Shown here one piece after another: positions 1 to 12,719 of a DNA stretch of 64,000 bases. The stretch covers positions 306,590,001-306,654,000 of the forward strand of contig OZ024740.1 of the NCBI GenBank assembly GCA_964016885.1, written 5' to 3'. The translations under genes were made by a program, and so were the position numbers. The notes below the pieces were generated by a model, which saw nothing but the letters and a program-made list of their open reading frames with translations, made no database searches and was not told the origin of the DNA. How positions within the stretch are numbered: the first letter of the stretch is position 1; every line of letters starts with the position of its first letter. This DNA is from Eledone cirrhosa (Eukaryota).

Positions 1-418
1 CTGAGGTCAGACACCTTTCTCTCCGGCCAACAACTGGTCTTTTCTTTTCAAGTACCACTTTAGAAGAAGGATCAGAATGGAGAGAGAGGTGCTCTACCCC
101 AGCAAGTTTTATGAAAGGTGGGTGAAAGTAGCGAGAATGGCCCGAGTGAATGGGCCTTCTCTCTATATCAGCCTGTAGGTGAGAGAGGAGAAGAATGAGA
201 AGAGGAAGGAAGCACCCGCTCTTTGTGCTCCTGAAGAGGAGGGTTGCACATTTTTTCGGGGGTGTGTGCGACCCATGTCAACGCCCCTCCCTATTGAGGA
301 CATCGATTGTTAAATTTAATTTGTTATATGTTTTTTACACGTCTTTTTAAATGTATGTAAACTCTCCCCTTTGTATTTGTCCCAATCTTTGATGCCCTGG
401 TGGCAAATAAATAGAAAT
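1..418 (+). mobile_element. 3' end (ORF2 C-terminus and 3'UTR) of an L1/Tx1-clade LINE, near-identical to 35744-36162
   Basis: ctgaggtcagacacctttctctccggcc...gtggcaaataaatagaaat matches 35744 onward with few differences. Confidence 0.9.
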
Positions 419-1039
419 TTATATCAATAAACATCAATCTCTCCCCCTCTCTATATCTAATATACAACACACTCTCCCAACCTTCCTCTCTATATCAAAT
501 ACCACCAAACTCTCCCGCCCCTCTCCATGTCTCTATCTATCTCTACATAACATGTACACAAATTGTAGCGCATATACAAATAAATGAGTGTTTTGGTGGT
601 TTGGGGAGAAAAGTTTTATTATTGCCACCCAGACCCCGGTCCCCTTTTCCACCGACCCAGCACATACATACATACGTACATACATACATACATACATACA
701 TACATACATACATACAGACAGACATACATACGTACATACATACAGACAGACAGACAGAAGAAAAGCGTGGGGAGTCTGGAAAAATTTTGTATCATATGAT
801 ATCACCACCTGGATAGCATCTGCTTATCAGTAGTTGTAAAAATAAATACAACAATCAAGCACTCAAAAGCTAGAACATCTTACAGACCGGTAGAGAAATA
901 TTGAAGAAGTACCTTCCTAATTGCTGGACTGACGTATCTGAACAAGAAACTGTCAGCATACCCTTCTCCCATCCCCGCAAACAGTGTTATGCATACCCTC
1001 GTGTCTTGAATAATCGCCCCCATTTTATTCTAAACAACC

Positions 1040-1337
1040 CTCTATCACGCGCTTATTAAATTTTTCTCATCTATCTCCGGCGAAATTCTGTTGTAAGTGA
1101 TTCATATTGATACAGCAGCTGGAGAATATAATAATTATTTTATTTTACATTAAAAGAAACATTATATATGACAAAAAAAGAACATTACAAGAAATCCCAT
1201 ATTTACCAACGTACACTGTACAATTACCAATCCTCACCCCCATTTATTCCAATCCCGCTTATAAGAATTTAAGCAAATGTCCACCACCCCCTTCCCCGCT
1301 TTTTCCAATCCTTCTATTATTTGGGACCTGGGAGTAG
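1040..1337. mobile_element. fragment of a TIR MITE family, related to 44400-44676 and 50268-50378
   Basis: shared internal blocks and terminal ctattatttgggacc...gagta. Confidence 0.55.
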
Positions 1338-1568
1338 GTATAAGGCTGTTATAAACTTGAGGAAGGTGATAACGTTAACGTGAAGTCCTCTTGGACTCGT
1401 GATCGTTGCATCACCTCATACATCGTTGCATCGCGCTTTTGCACCCTAAGAACATCAGATAGCTACACAATTCCTATTACATAAAAAGGAAATTGAAGCT
1501 TTTAAACCACCAAAAAATGCAACAAAAAATATGGATTGTGTCCCATTTTTTGTGAAAGATATGTTGTG

Positions 1569-1690
1569 AAGACGCGTGGCTGAGTGGTTAGAGAATTGGG
1601 TTCTCAATCGTAAGGTTGTGAATTCGATTCCCGGACCGGGTGATGCATTATGTCCTTGGGCAAGACACTTTATTTCCCGTTGATCCTTCT
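1569..1690 (+). mobile_element. tRNA-derived SINE head
   Basis: A box (gtggctgagtgg) and B box (aattcgattccc) followed by a SINE body. Confidence 0.65.
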
Positions 1691-1744
1691 ACCTGGATTT
1701 GCGACCGATAGATAGTATTAGCAATTGGAAAGACCAATTGATGA

Positions 1745-1860
1745 AAGTCGATCGAGTGTCGATGTTATCAGCAGCCTAGAAATGGCATCAAGCGACTACC
1801 TTCCAATGTGGTATGACATTGCTAAAACAATATACAATGTCATCTATAGGAATGACTGCT
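1745..1860 (+). pseudogene. short R4/Dong-like LINE fragment
   Basis: VISS..MASSDYLPMWYDIAKTIYNVI aligns to VISSCPKMSSRYYLPMRHDVVAKTLYNAI of the 20-kb copy. Confidence 0.55.
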
Positions 1861-2893
1861 CTGTATGTAGCCCCCAACAAGTCCGTCTCGTGACTTACAC
1901 TGGAGAAATTAAGAAGAATCGACTTCAGTGTTAAACTGGTTCTTTATTTATTGACCTTGAAAGGATGAATGGCAAAGCTAAATCCTGCCGGATTTGAACT
2001 CAGAACATAGTCTTGCCACGAATACCGCAAATCAATCTATCTGAAGCTCTAACGACTCTGCTAATTCACCACCTTACATACATGTGTGCATGTGCATGGT
2101 CCTGTAACTCCCGAGGGAGTTGTAGGGGCGCCAAATTAACATACGGCGTTTCTAAGGCATTTTTTAAAACCTGGCGGAGCCCATTTCCTCTCCATTGTCT
2201 GAACACAGCAGATTTCTTCCAGAGAAGGATAAAGAGGAAAAGTACTAGTACTTTTTATCGACCTCGAAAGTATGAAAGGCAAAGTTGACCTCAGTAGAAT
2301 TTGAACTCGGAGAACAGAAAGACGAAACGAATACCGCAAAGCATTGTATCCGACGTTCTAACCCCTTACACATACATATGTACATACATACAAACACTAG
2401 TCATATTCCCAAGAAGGCATAACTGTTATGTTGGCCTGCTTTATCTACAATATACAATGAATTTGTCAGCCAGGATGGTATGAGGGCTCGTTTTTCATTT
2501 AAGCACCCACGCTTTTTTCTTTGTTTTGCTTCTTTGTTATTATAAATATTAAATTAAAATAAATGAAAAGTTTAGCTACAAAAAAGAAATAACTAGCATT
2601 TTATTTTTTAGCAAACTGAAACAATAAATTATATTTAATATAAACATTTGTTAAGTGAGCTATTAACCAGTTTTGTATGGAATCCATATTGTATATTATT
2701 CTTACATATTCGAGACATTTTAATAACCAGCATTGAATATTGTGGCGTCAGCTTAAATTAATTAATGGAATTAAACTCGTTGACATAAGTATTACTATAA
2801 TTGTTATTATTAAAGTGAAAGGGGTGTGTGAATTGACAGAATCGACAAAACATTGCTAACTTGAGAAGTTATGCCGAATAGCTGATGTCGCAT

Positions 2894-3528
2894 GTAGTAT
2901 TCCTCTGTTGGGAAGAGCGAGTAGTATTCCTCTGCTGGGAAGAGCGAGTAGTATTCCTCTGCTGGGAAGAGCGAGTAGTATTCCTCTGCTGGGAAGAGCG
3001 AGTAGTATTCCTCTGCTGGGAAGAGCGAGTAGTATTCCTCTGCTGGGAAGAGCGAGTAGTATTCCTCTGTTGGGAAGAGCGAGTAGTATTCCTCTGTTGG
3101 GAAGAGCGAGTAGTATTCCTCTGCTGGGAAGAGCGAGTAGTATTCCTCTGCTGGGAAGAGCGAGTAGTATTCCTCTGCTGGGAAGAGCGAGTAGTATTCC
3201 TCTGCTGGGAAGAGCGAGTAGTATTCCTCTGCTGGGAAGAGCGAGTAGTATTCCTCTGTTGGGAAGAGCGAGTAGTATTCCTCTGCTGGGAAGAGCGAGT
3301 AGTATTCCTCTGCTGGGAAGAGCGAGTAGTATTCCTCTGCTGGGAAGAGCGAGTAGTATTCCTCTGTTGGGAAGAGCGAGTAGTATTCCTCTGCTGGGAA
3401 GAGCGAGTAGTATTCCTCTGCTGAGAAGAGCGAGTAGTATTTCTCTGCTGGGAAGAGCGAGTAGTATTCCTCTGCTGGGAAGAGCGAGTAGTATTCCTCT
3501 GCTGGGAAGAGCGAGTAGTATTCCTCTG
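2894..3528. repeat. 27-bp minisatellite, about 23.5 copies (gtagtattcctctgYtgggaagagcga)
   Basis: 27-nt period read directly, no spacers. Confidence 0.97.
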
Positions 3529-5084
3529 TCGGTTAAAGACAGCCAGTTGAATGGTGGCCAATATTGTAAAGGACAAAGACATACACTTTCCTCGTCAGCC
3601 GAACCCTCTTTAAATTCCTCTCGGAGAGGAAAATGGGAGTGTGAGTGAGAGGTGCAGCCTGCCAGTAAATTTGTGAACAAGGCCTCACCGAATTGCTTTA
3701 CTTCAGTATCTGTATATAAATCGAAAGACACAGCTGGGAGTGGGTGCTCTGGTATCAGTAGGATTCCCTGACTGTCCTCAATATTTGGAATTCTCATTTT
3801 ATACCTTTTCTACCCTTTTATCTATTATGTCTTTTTTAAAGCATAAAAGCTTTCCAGATTAACAAAGATGTATAAGGTTAACAAAAAAACTTCAAAATTA
3901 ACCAACATTTTAAACGTTAATAGCCATGGTCGAGACCTCAGGCGTCCTCGAACGCCATACAGCTGACCTCCTCCGTAAAATCGGAATTACAGGTGCGATG
4001 TGGGGCGGCTGTTGCAGCGAGTGCCACTGGCTATTGTCCGAGGAAATACCTTTGCCATTTCGTTCGCGGAGTGCAGCCGAAATACCGCTCTGTCTTAGGT
4101 GTAGAGTCTGTCACCCTCTCCCCTTCCCTTTCTTTCTTTTGTCGCCTAATAATCCTTGCATTACCCTTCCTTTTCCTGCAAAACTATCAACAAGTTGCAG
4201 ACTAAAGGCCTTACAATTTCGAATAAAGTCCAACAAAGTATCATATAGAGTAATACACATTTCCAGGCAGTTTGTCTTTTGATTTAAAGGAGTAGCCTCA
4301 CAAAAATATTTTTACTGATATAACTAATAACGGTAAGAAACCTAAACTATCCTACAAGAAGATGCGATCACTTTCGCGTGTCCAATGAGTAGGATTACTT
4401 GCAAACACTTGTGTGTGTGAGGGGGTATATAAAATTCCATGCAGGTAAAACTTAAGTCACTTAACCAATATATTATCAGGTCCAGTATTATGATTACAGC
4501 AATAAAAGTAATAAAACCATATACAAAACACTTTTATTCATTTATGTTGTGGTTAATTTCGTTTTCCCGTTTTAAAACTATGAAAGAAAAGAGTTACCAT
4601 AACGTAGCCTACTGCATTTGTATGCTTAGGAGATACGAAGCTATAAAATATACTTAAAAAACAGTAACAGCATTCCTGATAACCCTTTCTATTGACTCTG
4701 AATAAGCAGCACATTTGACATAACTACAAATCACGCTGACTACAACATCAATTTAAAAAGCATCTATAACAATGCTATTACAATTCTAATTCAACAACAC
4801 CATGATGTTATCAGTTGGTCCAGTTAAGTCACACAATTACCAACATCCTTATTTTTTCCTCTTTTCTGTGAACGCCACCTAATACTTGGCCTGCTCATCA
4901 TTTATACCTGAAAATGTTTGCAACAGAATTTATTTGAAATTGCATGTTTGTTAACTGGTAAAAATTGAAGCAATAGAATAGAGTGTTCATTGATATTTTT
5001 CATCATCTAAACTAACCTGAAACTGTTAACAAGTGAGAAACTTTGTTGAAAAAAAACAAGCTTAATTTCTGGTATTGACTCATA

Positions 5085-5262
5085 ATTGTTTCTACTTTTG
5101 GCACAAGGCCAACAATTACCCAGTGTATTACTGGTACTTTATTTTATCGACCCCATAAGAATGAAAGGCAAAGTTAACCTCGGCGGGATTTGAACTCAGA
5201 ATAGCAAGGGCCGTAACTCTATGCGTCAAAGCATGGCGTCCGACCCTCTACCGATACTGCCA
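5085..5262 (-). mobile_element. SINE of the dominant family; other copies approximately at 1900-2070(-), 2250-2360(-), 8815-9010(+), 9045-9215(+), 23880-24056(-), 27465-27620(-), 27655-27850(-), 31260-31450(+), 39715-39840(-), 40062-40220(+), 52145-52328(-), 52940-53125(+), 62225-62380(-)
   Basis: recurrent core gagttcaaatcccgccgaggttaactttgcctttcatcc...ggggtcgataaaataaagtaccagt with a B-box-like gttcaaatc. Confidence 0.85.
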
Positions 5263-5569
5263 ATAATATATTTTAAATGCTCACTGCCAATTCTGGATTC
5301 GTACACTCGATTATGTCCAGACTATCATTAACTTGTAGCCCCAATTACAAAATATTGATGTGCATATGTATTTGTATATGTAACTGGTGAGAAAGGGACG
5401 CCCGAAAGAGTATTCTACACACTACCCGAGCACCATATTAATATGAGCAAGTTTTTCAAATACTCAATAATCCTTTCCTCCCAAACAGGATTAAATCTGA
5501 GCAGCAGTTTTATGTGAACTGTTTAATTCATGGTCGCTCTTGTTGGGTATGTTGGTATTTTATTTGATA

Positions 5570-6342
5570 CTAGCAGTGGTACCCAGCGTTGCACGGGATA
5601 AAGTATTTTGGAACGCGGGCCGCCAACAGACCTAATCGTAGAAAAACTGCATGCCTGGACAATATGTAAAGAAAATAAACCAAATACTTTGATGGCTGGA
5701 TAACCTTTAAGATTTTCCTCGATAAAGCAGGAAAAACGCAGGTTTTCACCTAATGCCATAAAAAAGTTGGATTTTCTTTGCTCACGGTATGAAGAGACTG
5801 ACTAATACATAGTTACAATTTCAAGGAAATCAGTCTGACGTAACGCCTCAAAAAAACCCCTAAAAACCTGAAAAAAGCAGTTTTTTAAGTAATGCGGGCC
5901 CTAGGGGTCAAAAAGTTGAATTTTTTAATGTGCATAACACTCCCTCAAACATAAGTAATACACATGTAGAGTTTGAAAAAAGTCGGTTGGGTACTTCTCG
6001 AATTTTAGGGATTCAAACTCACAGACACACACACACACACACACACAAGCAGACATCCTCAGGGAAGTGACGTGATGCAGACAGTCAGACATACAGACAG
6101 ATATTATAAGGGCGCGACGTTATATGTATGTATCTATCTAAAAAGAGAAAGACTAAGAATTATAGAGAGAGATCGCTAAATCGCCTAATGCGGTCCCTAG
6201 GGCATTGAAAATTTTGCTCAGAACAGTCCCTGAAACATAAGTATTACATAAGTTTGAAAACAGTCGGTTGGGTGCTTCTCGAGTTTTAGGGATTCAAACT
6301 CACACACACACAGACAGACATCCTCAGTTTTATATATAGAGA
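5570..6342 (-). mobile_element. non-autonomous Helitron with an internal partial duplication
   Basis: minus strand reads A|TC...TATATAAAA at the 5' end and a subterminal hairpin cccgtgcaacgctggg plus CTAG|T at the 3' end; 5895-6062 is repeated at about 6190-6326. Confidence 0.7.
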
Positions 6343-6733
6343 TATACACAATGTACACTATTCTTTACCGCTTTAGATTCCTCTCCTGACAGTCATCCCC
6401 AATTGCTTCCTGAGATTTGAAAGTCCTCCCCTGGGAGTCAAGTGCCTCCCATTTGAGAATCATTATTGTTGGTCAACAATATGTAAACGCCTAAAGGAAA
6501 ATAGTTGACTTACAATAGGCACATTTTCATATAAATGTAAATACACTTCCACATTTAAAGATACAGGAACGTAGATCACCATAAATATCGTTATATTGAG
6601 TAGACAAATAGGATTTTCTATCTCAAACACATACACTCACACACATGCAGTAAACACATACATACATAAATATATGGCAGTCTTTACATTCCAAACGATC
6701 TTTTTTCCCACTAACCCCTACTCTCTCTCTCTA

Positions 6734-6774
<41 letters not shown>

Positions 6775-6779
<5 letters not shown>

Positions 6780-6966
6780 AACAAGTAAGACCCCGACGGC
6801 TGAGCTCAAGCCGTTTCGACGGCTAATTCTGGACTGAATTAGCCGTCGAAACGGCTTGAGCTCAGCCGTCGGGGTCTTACTTGTTCCTATTACCCACTCT
6901 ACTACCCTAAGTATTGAGTACTTTGGTGCGTTATGGTCCACCTGGTTCCTTACCACATTTCCTTCG

Positions 6967-6967
<1 letters not shown>
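6775..6967 (+). mobile_element. PLE-type fold-back element: perfect 55-bp-arm palindrome plus tail, in (TA)n
   Basis: 6775-6829 is the reverse complement of 6836-6890; the arm holds an HHR 3' half (GAAACGGCT...AGCCGTC). Confidence 0.7.
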
Positions 6968-7018
<51 letters not shown>

Positions 7019-7020
<2 letters not shown>

Positions 7021-7492
7021 AAGTATGTATGTATACGTACATACATATATGTATACAGACGTACAGTAGTATGTATATATATACATACATGCACACATAT
7101 ATATATGCACGTATCGGTTTACTGAACATTTATTATAATGCTCGGTTTGTTTGTTTGTAAACAAACAGCCCGAATTACGCCGTACAGTGTTTAGGCAACC
7201 ATGTCACCTTTTTGTTCAACACTGACACAGGAACGATGTACTAGATTCAAGCTTATTAGCTATCGTCAGCATCGTATACCTTCCTGCCAGATGGTTGAAC
7301 GTCTGAAAGTATATACTTTCCTTATGCATATTAACGGCTGAGCAGCCTAATTTGCAAACAAACCGAGCATTATAATAAATGTTCGGTAAACCGATACGTG
7401 CATATATATATATATGTGTGCATGTATGTATGTATATACATACTACTGTATGTCTGTATACATATATGTATGTACGTATACATACATACTTA
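7019..7492 (-). mobile_element. fold-back element with about 140-bp inverted arms around an HHR-like core
   Basis: 7019-7160 is inverted at about 7352-7492. Confidence 0.75.
7234..7274 (-). ncRNA. degenerate type I hammerhead ribozyme
   Basis: CGAUG-CUGACGA-U-AGCU(AAUA)AGCU-U-GAAu-CUAG-UA-CAUCG; A15.1 is changed to U. Confidence 0.6.
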
Positions 7493-7670
7493 CATTTAAG
7501 TAAGTGCCGTACTAAGAGTGAGAAATGAAATTTCGTTTCATTCTATTCCATTGATATATATATAGAGATATAGATATATATCGTTTTTGTATTTGTCTTG
7601 CAAGATTTCCTACCTGAAAACGTGTGTTGAAATAGATATTGTTATATTTTGGGAGGATCATGCTGCCAAT

Positions 7671-7817
<147 letters not shown>

Positions 7818-9614
7818 AAATAAAATCTTTATACATAAAGCTCATGTCCCAACCGAAACGCTATTTTTAAGATCCTATGTTAGCGCTAGTAAAAAGCCAC
7901 GAATTGTTACAATGAAATATTGTTTATTGACGTACATTTATATATAATTAGTGTTTATTGTCTATTCTATATTTTTTCTAAAACGTAATTATATTGTTGT
8001 AGTAACTCATCATTAGTTGGATACAACACCTGGTTCCACATCGGTAGAATGCACTCTAACTTCTTAATATCCGATAAACAAATTAGCTATATTATTTATC
8101 ATTAACGTCATAGCCTCGAAACACTTTTAAATATTTTGACTCGGGTTAAGCTTCATTTACAAATATGTGGCAATGCTTGGCTGAGTAACCCGGTCGCTTC
8201 ATTTTCTTTGCTATACGACCATCTTGAGATCAAATAATTTAATGACACCCTATGAATATTCAATACCTATAGCTATCAGAGGGGTGTCAGTGAATTGATA
8301 ACTGTGTAGTTATCAATTTACTATGTAAATTGAGAAATAGTTTTCAAAAGCATGATGGTGGCAACTAACGACTGCGAAGATGTGCAGGCAATATTCATAA
8401 GAATGCCTCAAATTTGGATTCGTATCTTCTTGTACTAATACAACATACCTAAGGTAACTATCATGTGAAAATGGTGCCGTAAAAGCTACAAAGTAGAAAG
8501 ACCATATTGGTAACAAGGATAAAGACCTTGAATTTTTAACAAGACGTTGAAAGAAAAATATAGAAATCGAATAATTGCCGGTGTTGATAATGAAGGAGTA
8601 TCAAAGGCATCATCGTGCGTCTCGCATAATATAGTAGTAAAAGGAGAATTATTGGTGAGATCACTGTATCAGAAACTGAAGTGATGGTTGGATAACATCC
8701 ATGAGCTTCGCTGGTCTCGTTTGGGGATCCAACCGGATCAGTTGGAGATGGTTGCTTCTGACAGGACCTGCTAGAAGGTTTACTTACGAATTAATTTCAT
8801 TATTGAAAAATGTAAGGGCGGTGGATTCGCAGTATCAGTAGAGGGCCGGACGCCATGCTTTGCAGCAGAGAGTTACGGCCCTTTATGAGTTAAAATCCTG
8901 CCAAGGTTAACTTTGCATTTCATCCTTATGGGGTCGATAAAATAAGGTACCAGTAACTCACTGGGGTCGATTTAATCGACTTTTCCCTCCCCCCAAATTG
9001 CTGGCTTCTGCCTATATAATTAATTTCATTATTCAAAAATGTAGGACGGCGGATTGACGGTAGAATCGATTCTGAATTCAAATCCCACCGAGGTTAGCTT
9101 TGCCTTTCATCCTTACGAGGTCGATAAAATAAAGTACCAGTTACGCACTGGAGGTCGATTTAATTGAGTTCTCCATTCCCTTGAAATTGCTGACCTTGTG
9201 TCAAATTTAGAAACAATTATTCAGAAAGTTGAGCTCAACTACGTTCGTATGGAAGGTAAAATTCGCGCCTAAATTTAGTAATGGTGTCAAGAGTTTAAGT
9301 CAGTCTGGAGAAGAAGGCAAAATGGCGTTTGCAGTGATACTCTTGTAGTCAGCAGTTCGATGTGTATGTGTGGGTGCCGCAACAACTTTGTGTTTCAGTT
9401 GTTTATTATTCAGGATTAGGGGGAGGGGGGTACAAAATTGTTTTCAAAGTTTTCAAAGTAATTACGTTTTTGAAAGTAATTAGACTGTCGTGTCCTATTA
9501 AAATATTTTTCTCAGTCTCAGATGCGACAGCTCGTAGGTAGTTTGTGTTCAGGAGAGAATGTATGGCAGACATTATCAAACCTTGATGATATCAAGAGGA
9601 AAAGCAAGTAACCA

Positions 9615-9649
<35 letters not shown>

Positions 9650-9784
9650 TATAATAAAGGGAGGAGTGCGGGACAGTGTACGGTTTGTATCTTTTAATCC
9701 AGTTAGTAAAATAAGTTGGATTACTTTGAAGAAATAATGAATGAATATTACATAATTTATATACTAAATTTCGTAACTCTTGAT

Positions 9785-10170
9785 TAGCTACGGCTTCCTA
9801 AAACTGTATTTCTTTGGAGATACGAAATATTTATACATATTGTATAAAGCTAGGCTTGAAGCGAAATCCTATTTCTTTTTTATTATGAGTTGAGCCAACT
9901 TATGCAGCTTCATATGCAAATGAGATTAATCACCTCATTTACACAGACGAGAAAAGTATATATTCTCGCCTGTCTTCTAGTCCAGCAGTCGCAAGCGGTG
10001 GGAGGGACCGTCCTGACGAAGGCCAGTTAAGCCTGAAATGCATAGACGGTTGTCCCCCTTGCTTTTGCTGGACATCACCAGAGGGCGTTAGACCCCCCCC
10101 CCCCCCGTGTTTGCATAGCTACGGCTTCCTAAAAGTATATTTCTTTGGAGATACGAAATATTTATACATA
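9785..10170 (+). mobile_element. retrozyme-like monomer of 331 bp with a 55-bp terminal direct repeat
   Basis: tagctacggcttcctaaaa...atttatacata at 9785-9839 and 10116-10170, with an HHR between. Confidence 0.75.
10007..10050 (+). ncRNA. type I hammerhead ribozyme, core intact
   Basis: ACCGUC-CUGACGA-AGGC(CAGUUAA)GCCU-GAAA-UGCA-UA-GACGGU; palindromic AUGCAU stem III. Confidence 0.88.
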
Positions 10171-10339
10171 AATAATTTTATTTCTTATTCAAAATTGACT
10201 TCTTTTAAAAGTTTCAAATTTTTACACTTCCAGTATATCGTCACCACCACCACTTCAACTACAAATATATAGAGACAGAGCGAGACTGAGAGAGTGTGTG
10301 ATGAGAGAGATACAGATAGATAGAGTGATTATGTGACAG

Positions 10340-10378
<39 letters not shown>

Positions 10379-10850
10379 AAGAAAGATGAAGAGTTTAGGA
10401 TTTTTCAACACGCTGACGCGTATGTGTGTGTGTGTGTGTGTGTATGTGCATATACATACATCTATATGCATGAGTATATAACTATAATCGCGCAAACACA
10501 GACAAACTTACAAAAATACACGGACATACATTCACACATATACATTTACACAAACACACACATACAGTCATGAATACAGTTCGATGAATTGGAAATGGGA
10601 GTGTAAAGAAGTACAACTTTTTATTTATTTATTAACAACACAGTTTAACTCTTTTTTTTTAAACTCATTTGTATAGAAATTTAATATAATGGTTACAGAA
10701 CGAAAACACAAACAAATATGATATATACAAAGGAAAGGGAAAGGAAAAAAAAAGAAAGGGAAAATACACAAGCAGGCGAAAGGGATGGACAAACGAGCCG
10801 CTACCAGAGTAAAAGATAACAATATAGCGAGGAGTACTGGGAAAACCTCT

Positions 10851-11300
10851 CTAATAATTTTTGAGGCAAGCCAGCACGCTCGGGGCGTCACCTGGGGTGA
10901 TAGCGAGGCTGAGGTGCTGGAACAACCAAGTGACCTCACGAGCATCACCAGTTGCCTCTGTTTTGCGAGCCGCCAGTGAAGATAAGAACTTCGCTGTCAG
11001 TAGCCTGACTCCCCCAAACGTTTCGAACGCCACAGGCTGGATAATGTAGTTAGCTGACAGAACACGGTATTTTAGGATTTTGTTCCCTTCAGCTGCGAAT
11101 GCTGTAGCTCTCGCCCTTACCACTGCATCCAGGATGTGGGACGAAGCAAAAGAGTAACTAACTGTGATATCCCAGATAAGGCACCTGCCTCTTGACCAGG
11201 AGCACAGAGTAAGACCGTCAAGTCTTTTCCCATCAATTCTGGACAACCCAGACGGTTCCAAAATTGAGGGGATGTTTGCCCGGGCCAAAGCTCTTAAATG
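10851..11300 (-). pseudogene. CRE-clade non-LTR retrotransposon, restriction-like endonuclease C-terminal fragment
   Basis: EPSGLSRIDGKRLDGLTL..WSRGRCLIWDITV...AE..KILKY....IIQPVAFETFGG. Confidence 0.8.
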
Positions 11301-11419
11301 GTAATAGGACGGTGAGTGTATGTACGCGCGCGTGAGTTTATCGGTGTTCTTAAATTAGAGACGTATGTGTGTGTGTCACTGTTTTTAAGTTAGAGACATA
11401 TGTATGTGTGTATCTCGGG

Positions 11420-12015
11420 GCCGTGTTCATGAGTGATGGAATGCAGTAGGCTGAATTAAGTGCACTAATTGCAAAAGCTGATGCAGTAATGCGCCAGCCT
11501 CAGCATTCAGCAATCAGAAGAAGGGAGGTAGGTGTAAAAGCCAAACTCGCTGTCTTTCTGTTATTCCTGCCAACTCTTACTGAGGATCATGAATCTTGGG
11601 TAATGACCAAAAGAATACAATTGCAAATAAAAGCGCAGAAATGGGGTTCCTCCGAAGGGTCTTTGGAGTAACGTTACTTGATTAAGGGCATAGCTCAGAG
11701 ACCAGAGAGTCACTCCTGGTAGAGCCGCTACTTCTCCGAATTGAGAGATCACAACTCCGATACTATGGGCATGTGGTTAGAATGTCTCAGTAAAGAATCG
11801 CTGGACAGATTTTACAGTCAAAACCAACCGGCAAGAGACCCAGAGGTAGACCCTGAGCAAGATAGTTGAATAACATCCATGAGCTTGGCTGGTCACGCTT
11901 TGGGATCCAGCTGGATCAGTTAGAGATGTTTACTTCTGACAGACTCGCTGGAATGAATGTTTGAGAAGAACTCTTCCCCCACGACCCTCTCAGAAATAAG
12001 TGCGTGAAGAAGATA
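11420..12015 (+). pseudogene. RTE-clade LINE 3' fragment; related pieces at 8660-8780(+), 49195-49310(-), 55560-55990(-)
   Basis: KAKLAVF..FLPTLT..HESWVMT.RI, then SQLRYYGHVVRM and KRPRGRP motifs. Confidence 0.75.
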
Positions 12016-12719
12016 TTGTCAATTTACTTTTCAATTTACATATATCTATATGCATATATATTTGCGTATAATACCAATATGCACACCACATATGATAGCA
12101 GAAAACCGCTCGCAGTCGGTTTTTCTGCTAGTATATATAATACTAAAAGTCTGTGATTGCTTGCTTGCTTGTCTGTAATGTAATACAGCCAAAAGGGCGC
12201 ACAATGGGAAAATACTTTGAAAGGAAGTTGATTCTGAAATGGGAATACAAATAGAATAAAACAAGTTTCGCGTAAATCGAGGCACGCGTTCCCGGGATAT
12301 GGGGTTTTTCCGGTACCTTCATAAATAGCTAAAACGGTGCATAATGGGAAAATACTCCGAAAGTAAAATAACTCTGAAATGAGAATACAAACGGAATAAA
12401 ACAAGTTTGGTGTAAATTGGACAAAGACAATATTTTCATTATTCAAACAATATTTTTAAGTGAATAGGATTTTAAAAATACATCAGAATTCTTTTTTCAG
12501 TGATTTGTCAGTGAATATGATTTAAAAAAATACAAGTTGTTTGTACTTTAGGTATCTATATTTCAGTTTCTTTAAGCAGACAATTAAACAGACGATATTT
12601 CAATTATTAAAAAACACATGTTCAAGTGAATATGACTGAAAAATACGAGTTGTTTTTACAGTAAACGTCAACATTTTTGCTTTTGTTAAACAGAATACTT
12701 TAATTATTTAGAAAAAAAT

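Noticed and set aside
1569-1640. possible tRNA gene (also 30746-30820)
   Set aside because: No complete cloverleaf, and the sequence continues into a SINE body
2894-3528. CRISPR-like repeat length (27 bp)
   Set aside because: Units are head-to-tail with no spacers, there are no cas genes, and the context is eukaryotic
4426-4436. TATA-like tatataaaa
   Set aside because: No supported downstream gene, and such motifs are common in this AT-rich background
9914-9921. octamer ATGCAAAT (also 29173) and a CTCF-like caccagagggcg near 10076 inside HHR elements
   Set aside because: Short motifs expected by chance in 64 kb, with no positional conservation
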